This document shows positions 59,275 through 64,000 of a stretch of DNA of 64,000 bases, one piece after another (position 1 is the first letter of the stretch; each line of letters starts with the position of its first letter). The notes beneath the pieces are model-generated. The model did not search any database and had not been told where the DNA came from. It saw only the letters and a list, made by a program, of their open reading frames with translations. This DNA is from Bacillota bacterium (GTDB lineage Bacteria; Bacillota; Negativicutes; Sporomusales; CTSoil-080): NCBI GenBank assembly GCA_017889725.1, contig JAGGAE010000015.1:2753-66752 (forward strand), read 5' to 3'. The position numbers and the translations under genes were made by a program.

Positions 59275-59724
59275 CTAGCGCCTAAATCCCTCTGCTATTT
59301 TCCCCAAGTATAACCAGAACTGCCTACCATACTCCGTAAATTGCATTTTTGTCGTAATAGCAGCGTCCACAAACTGCTTTCCCCACATTTGGAAGAGGAA
59401 AACGGCCGGGCTGATTTCTACAGTAGCCGAGGTAGGTACTGTCAATTGCCTGCCGTTCGCTTCTATTCTGAGTGCGTTATCCAGCCTGGTTATAGAAGCT
59501 ACGGGAACAATGGCACACACACTGCCTCGGTTCCCTAAGATTTCCACGGTATAACTTCCGTTCTCCCAGCTGCGCGCAATAGATACTGCCTGTCCATAGC
59601 TTTGATCCAGAGTTAAAGCTGTTAACTGCCTTCCGGTAACCCCTATCCCGATGAACACGAAAAGAACCAGCGCCGCTAAAGCTCGAATAATTATATCAAC
59701 TTCCCGCGCCTGCATTCGTTCCAA
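59275..59724 (-). CDS. Hypothetical membrane-anchored protein (YqxA position)
   Basis: GGGAGG RBS, N-terminal TM, between spoIIP and lepA. Confidence 0.65.
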   Translation of the reverse strand: MERMQAREVDIIIRALAALVLFVFIGIGVTGRQLTALTLDQSYGQAVSIARSWENGSYTVEILGNRGSVCAIVPVASITRLDNALRIEANGRQLTVPTSATVEISPAVFLFQMWGKQFVDAAITTKMQFTEYGRQFWLYLGKIAEGFRR

Positions 59725-59745
59725 TACACTCCTCCCGAGCCAAGC

Positions 59746-60786
59746 CTAAGACTCCGCCAGAATTTCCGCCAGCACATCCGCCAAAAAAGACATACTTCGC
59801 AGTACTTCTTCCTTCTCATTTTCTTGACAGCCTACCTCTATCAGTAGAGCCCGAGGAAAAAGATGCTGATTATAGCGCCAGTCATCCAACCGTATGCCCC
59901 GCGACAATCCCGGATAATGCTGATTGAGCTTCGCATCGATCAATTTGGCAAACGCATGATTTTGCTGCCAGTGAGGCTGCGGCAGTCCTTCTTGCCCGGT
60001 CGCTACAACAATCATAATGCGAGCCGTCGGTAATCCGTTTACAACTGCAGTACAATCGTCTTTCGTTCCGGCATCCCGATGAAAATCAAATATCATTTGC
60101 AGCGAAGGATTTTCCGACAACATATTTTTCGCTGTTTCTTCCGATGGCCCATAAGCCTTCATAAAACTGGGATAATCGTGCACTTTCTTACTCTGTAAGG
60201 CCGGTATTCCATGCTCAGCCAATTTATTAACCAGCGCTTCTCCCGCCGCCACAATATCGCCTTGCTTGCCCCCCGGTGCATGCGCGGCCCCCGACCAGGG
60301 AATAAACGATTCCGACGTATGCGTATGGTAAATCCCCACAAGCGGCTTACCCGCCGGTACAATGTCCTTCCACTTAAAGTTCGGAAAGTAGGGTATACTC
60401 GCCGCATTTACAGTGGACGGGCCGGAAACAAACGCAGTCAAGACCGGAATTTCCGCTCGGAAGATCGATCGCAAGTCCCCGGCATCCACCCCCGTCATAT
60501 GTAAAACCGCGCCCAGCATAGCGGTTCGCATGGAATATTCCTGTTCAACTTTCACTGTATCCGTCGTTCTGGCGGCTTGACCAAGTCCTGGAATACCCAA
60601 AGACAATATGTAGCTGGGTAAATCACTATGATTTTCTTGCCGCGGTATCGCGGCGACAGGAACTATCTTACTGCTAAATGCAATATAGCACATATACATG
60701 GCCGCCACTAGCACAATAACACCAATAATACCGGCCATCCGCAATATGCCTGTATGCCTCTGCCGCCGCTGTCTTCTGCTTCCCAT
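59746..60786 (-). CDS. spoIIP: Stage II sporulation protein P
   Basis: IYHTHTSESF, DFHRDA, RYNQHL..ALLIEVG. Confidence 0.93.
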   Translation of the reverse strand: MGSRRQRRQRHTGILRMAGIIGVIVLVAAMYMCYIAFSSKIVPVAAIPRQENHSDLPSYILSLGIPGLGQAARTTDTVKVEQEYSMRTAMLGAVLHMTGVDAGDLRSIFRAEIPVLTAFVSGPSTVNAASIPYFPNFKWKDIVPAGKPLVGIYHTHTSESFIPWSGAAHAPGGKQGDIVAAGEALVNKLAEHGIPALQSKKVHDYPSFMKAYGPSEETAKNMLSENPSLQMIFDFHRDAGTKDDCTAVVNGLPTARIMIVVATGQEGLPQPHWQQNHAFAKLIDAKLNQHYPGLSRGIRLDDWRYNQHLFPRALLIEVGCQENEKEEVLRSMSFLADVLAEILAES

Positions 60787-60819
60787 CGCCGCCTCCTGCA
60801 CTCACATGGTTTACATACA

Positions 60820-60850
60820 ATCTATATGCTTGGCAGCAAGCGAAATATTA
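60820..60850 (-). promoter_or_regulatory. sigmaE-type promoter of spoIIP
   Basis: TAATATT-N15-CATATAGAT. Confidence 0.6.
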
Positions 60851-60864
60851 CTCTATAGGACAGC

Positions 60865-61836
60865 TTAGTGCAGATACATATGGATATTCTCATAATCAAT
60901 ATTAGGATGAAGAGCCCGGTTAATGCCCCCGGCGATAATCGTTGCCACATCCTCTATCAAACGGTCGACTTCCTTAGGAGTAACCATAAGATCTCCTAAC
61001 GACTCAGGCAACACCTGTCCCACAATAGTTTTACGGTCATTTTCCGTAAGGGTTTCAAGACTTTTAAAATATCGGGAAAACGCCGAGTATTCCTGCATAG
61101 CGTTCAACGTATCTAACGCAATCGTCGAGGCATGCACCACAGTGGGTACCCCTATTGCAATAACCGGAACCCCGAGCGACTCCATTGTAAGTCCAAAACG
61201 CTTATTGCCAACTCCGGACCCCGGACTGATTCCCGCGTTGGCCAGTTGTACGGTAGTAATAACCCGATGGCTGGAGGCAGCCGCCAACGCATCAATGGCA
61301 ATCACTAGATTGGGTTGTATCTTGCTGACCAGACCGCTGATAATTTCCACGGTTTCCATCCCAGTAATTCCTAAAACTCCCGGAGCAATGGCGCACACTG
61401 ACCGGACTCCGCCTTTAAGTTCGGGAGACAACATATTCTGTAAATGGCGAGTGACAACCACCTTATCCACCGTCCGCGGCCCCAGCGCATCCGGAGTTAT
61501 ATTCCAATTGCCTAACCCCACGACTAAAATAGTGCTATTCGGCGCAAGCTGGGCCATATCCACCAGTTCTTTAGCTAGACATTCCATAACCTTTGTCTCT
61601 AGAGGAGTATTCTTATACCTAAGCCCCCCAGCCTCTATGGTTACATAACGTCCCTGCCGTTTGCCCATAACCTTCTCGGCCTCAAGGGTAGTAATACTCA
61701 CCCGGGTAATGACCGTTTCCTCGTCTCCCCAGGTTTCCGCCAATACACCGGGAATGTCTTCCCGGACTTCTTTAGTTAACGCTTCCCTTGCCTCAAGGGC
61801 CAGATCCGTACGGGGAGTATGCAAATTTTGAAACAC
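60865..61836 (-). CDS. gpr: Germination protease GPR
   Basis: RTDLALEA, GLGNWNITPDALGP, PGVLGITGMET, IDALAA, LMVTPKEVD. Confidence 0.96.
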   Translation of the reverse strand: MFQNLHTPRTDLALEAREALTKEVREDIPGVLAETWGDEETVITRVSITTLEAEKVMGKRQGRYVTIEAGGLRYKNTPLETKVMECLAKELVDMAQLAPNSTILVVGLGNWNITPDALGPRTVDKVVVTRHLQNMLSPELKGGVRSVCAIAPGVLGITGMETVEIISGLVSKIQPNLVIAIDALAAASSHRVITTVQLANAGISPGSGVGNKRFGLTMESLGVPVIAIGVPTVVHASTIALDTLNAMQEYSAFSRYFKSLETLTENDRKTIVGQVLPESLGDLMVTPKEVDRLIEDVATIIAGGINRALHPNIDYENIHMYLH

Positions 61837-61886
61837 GTTTAGTTCCCTCCTGTCAATTACACCTGCCGAGCAGCAAACTACTGCAT

Positions 61887-61916
61887 TATCTTATCCTTTT
61901 TCTTACATGGTTATAC
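61887..61916 (-). promoter_or_regulatory. sigmaF-type promoter of gpr
   Basis: GTATA-N15-GGATAAGATA. Confidence 0.75.
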
Positions 61917-61997
61917 GGAATATGGAAATCTTACTTGCTTTTTTAATACTGCCATGCTAAAATATTTTAGGTAACATGGTCAAAGGAGGTGAACTAT

Positions 61998-62264
61998 TTG
62001 CCAAACATTAAATCTTCAGAACGCAGCGTAAAAACCGACGCTTTACGGCGCTCTCAAAATTTGTCTACCAAATCGACTGTACGAACTGCAATTCGTAAGG
62101 TTACTGCCAGTGTTGATGCCGGAAACGCTGATGAATCAAAAACCCTCCTGACCAACGCTAGCAGCGTTATTGACAAAGCAGTCGCCAAAGGCGTTCTTCA
62201 TAAAAATGCCGCGGCTCGTAAAAAATCCCGTCTGGCTAAAAAAATTAACCAGATCAATGCTTAG
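61998..62264 (+). CDS. rpsT: 30S ribosomal protein S20
   Basis: PNIKS..R, IDKAVAKGVLHKNAAARKKSRL; TTG start after AGGAGGTG. Confidence 0.96.
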   Translation: MPNIKSSERSVKTDALRRSQNLSTKSTVRTAIRKVTASVDAGNADESKTLLTNASSVIDKAVAKGVLHKNAAARKKSRLAKKINQINA

Positions 62265-62421
62265 TAAAGCTACCTTGCCTGAGCTTAGGCAAGCGAATCA
62301 AAAAGACAAAGCGTCTAATGACACTTTGTCTTTTTTGTTTCTAGGTTTTCCCTGTATAATGCTAACGATTCATCATCCTACCTTAATTAAACCCTCAATT
62401 ATTGAATAACCATACCTATAC

Positions 62422-62460
62422 AAAAGTCGTGCTGCCTTAAACTAAAGCAGCACGACTTTT
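62422..62460 (-). terminator. Terminator of pncB
   Basis: AAAAGTCGTGCTGC-loop-GCAGCACGACTTTT. Confidence 0.75.
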
Positions 62461-62473
62461 ACTATATATAATC

Positions 62474-63916
62474 TTACTTAACCGAATACTCCTGCAACAA
62501 TTCCTGCTTCATCTTCCATAAAGCCGGGGACAAATCCACATAATAATTATGCGGGTTTTCAAAGCGAAGCACTTCCTCCCAAAGGGTTGCAATCTGTTCT
62601 TCACAGTGCTGCCGGATACTCTTTAATTCAGGACTTATGTACACACACTTTCCTTTATCAAAAATTTGAACTAACATGCGCTTTGCTTCAAAATTGATTA
62701 CTGTTTTACGTTTCCAGGTATGTTCCGGGTCAAATAATTCATACGGCTTTGTATCGTCAATGGCCTCGTCATGCGCAGTAATAACATCGGCTATAGCCTT
62801 GCCATTCTCCTTCGAAAACAGCCTCCATACCTCTTTAAAACCTGGATTAGTAATCTTACCAACATTTTCACTAATCTTGATTTTAGGAACAATTCTCCCC
62901 TCTTCTTCAACGGCCGCAAGCTTGTACACCCCGCCAAATACCGGATCGGATTTTGAAGTTATCAATCTTTCTCCTACACCAAACGAATCAACCTGCGCAC
63001 CTTGAACAAGGATATCCCGAATGATAAATTCATCCAGCGCATTTGAGGCAATAATCTTGCAATCCTCTAGACCTGCAACATCAAGCATTCTTCTTGCCTT
63101 CTTACTTAAGTAAGTGATATCGCCACTGTCTATGCGTATTCCCTTCGGTCTGAAACCACGAGGTATAATCTCCTCCTGGAACACTTTTATCGCATTGGGA
63201 ATCCCTGACTTAATAACATTATAGGTATCAACCAACAACGTGCAATCCGCTGGATACGTCCTGGCATAGGCCCGAAAGGCCTCCAGCTCCGAAGAAAACA
63301 TCTGCACCCAGCTATGCGCCATAGTGCCGCTCACCGGAATGGTTAAATCTCGTTCGCTAATCGTACAGGCCGTAGCAACACAACCGCCAATATACGCAGC
63401 CCTGGCCCCGTTCATCGCCCCGTCATACCCTTGCGCCCTCCTGGAGCCAAATTCCATAACGGCTCTTCCCTGGGCCGACCGTACGATTCGGTTGGCCTTC
63501 GTTGCAATCAAGCTCTGATGATTAATAGTTAATAATATCATTGTTTCGATAAATTGCGCCTCGATAACCGGACCTCTCACCGTTACCACTGGCTCATTAG
63601 GAAATATCGGCGTTCCCTCCGGTACTGCCCACACATCACAGCTGAACTTGAAATCTTGCAGATATTGGATAAAATCTTCACAAAAAAGCTCTTTGCTGCG
63701 TAAATAAGCAATATCCTTTTCATCAAACCGAAGATTCTTAAAATAATCTAAAAGCTGCTCTACCCCTGCCATGATGGCAAAACCGCCACCATCAGGCACT
63801 TTACGAAAAAACATATCAAAATAGGCAATTTTATCCTTCAGTCCATTCTGTAAGTACCCATTTGCCATGGTCAATTCATAGAAATCTGTCAGTAACGTTA
63901 AATTCAACTTTTCCAC
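62474..63916 (-). CDS. pncB: Nicotinate phosphoribosyltransferase
   Basis: LLTDFYELTM, EFGSRRAQG, GTMAHSW, LVDTY, IRIDSGD, GGVYKL. Confidence 0.95.
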   Translation of the reverse strand: MEKLNLTLLTDFYELTMANGYLQNGLKDKIAYFDMFFRKVPDGGGFAIMAGVEQLLDYFKNLRFDEKDIAYLRSKELFCEDFIQYLQDFKFSCDVWAVPEGTPIFPNEPVVTVRGPVIEAQFIETMILLTINHQSLIATKANRIVRSAQGRAVMEFGSRRAQGYDGAMNGARAAYIGGCVATACTISERDLTIPVSGTMAHSWVQMFSSELEAFRAYARTYPADCTLLVDTYNVIKSGIPNAIKVFQEEIIPRGFRPKGIRIDSGDITYLSKKARRMLDVAGLEDCKIIASNALDEFIIRDILVQGAQVDSFGVGERLITSKSDPVFGGVYKLAAVEEEGRIVPKIKISENVGKITNPGFKEVWRLFSKENGKAIADVITAHDEAIDDTKPYELFDPEHTWKRKTVINFEAKRMLVQIFDKGKCVYISPELKSIRQHCEEQIATLWEEVLRFENPHNYYVDLSPALWKMKQELLQEYSVK

Positions 63917-64000
63917 TTAGTTCGCCTCATTTTTTTCAACAAAATTTAAAATATATTTTCGGACATACGATTATTGCCGAAAGATTTCAACCTTGCCTTA

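Noticed and set aside
1-64000. CRISPR array, tRNA or rRNA genes
   Set aside because: No regularly spaced direct repeats or recognisable tRNA/rRNA sequence seen by eye

Overview
Chromosomal window from an endospore-forming Firmicute, most likely a Sporomusaceae-type Negativicute (inferred from gene content: spo genes, MsbA-like ABC, membrane NiFe hydrogenase, Ahb haem pathway). 1-11.3 kb is the right end of a sigK-intervening (skin-like) element. It holds the 5' half of sigK, which stops being sigK at an imperfect inverted repeat, a convergent large serine recombinase, a divergent 70-aa RDF candidate, and AT-richer, partly decayed cargo. That cargo includes a LexA-boxed Y-family polymerase stub cut by a group II intron 5' fragment. 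11.3-64 kb is host backbone: yyaC, a Zn ABC transporter, an NlpC/P60 hydrolase under a c-di-AMP riboswitch, a group 1 NiFe hydrogenase-ahbCD-tatA-two-component cluster, and a sigK-type promoter island (small peptides, a tandem-repeat protein, a HipA-like kinase, gmd-fcl). It continues with nadE, nfeD-floA, rpsU, the hrcA operon with a thermosome-like (group III) chaperonin, lepA, spoIIP, gpr, rpsT and pncB. Several small genes missing from the ORF track and three apparent intragenic deletions were found by manual translation. All family calls come from motif recognition, not database searches.
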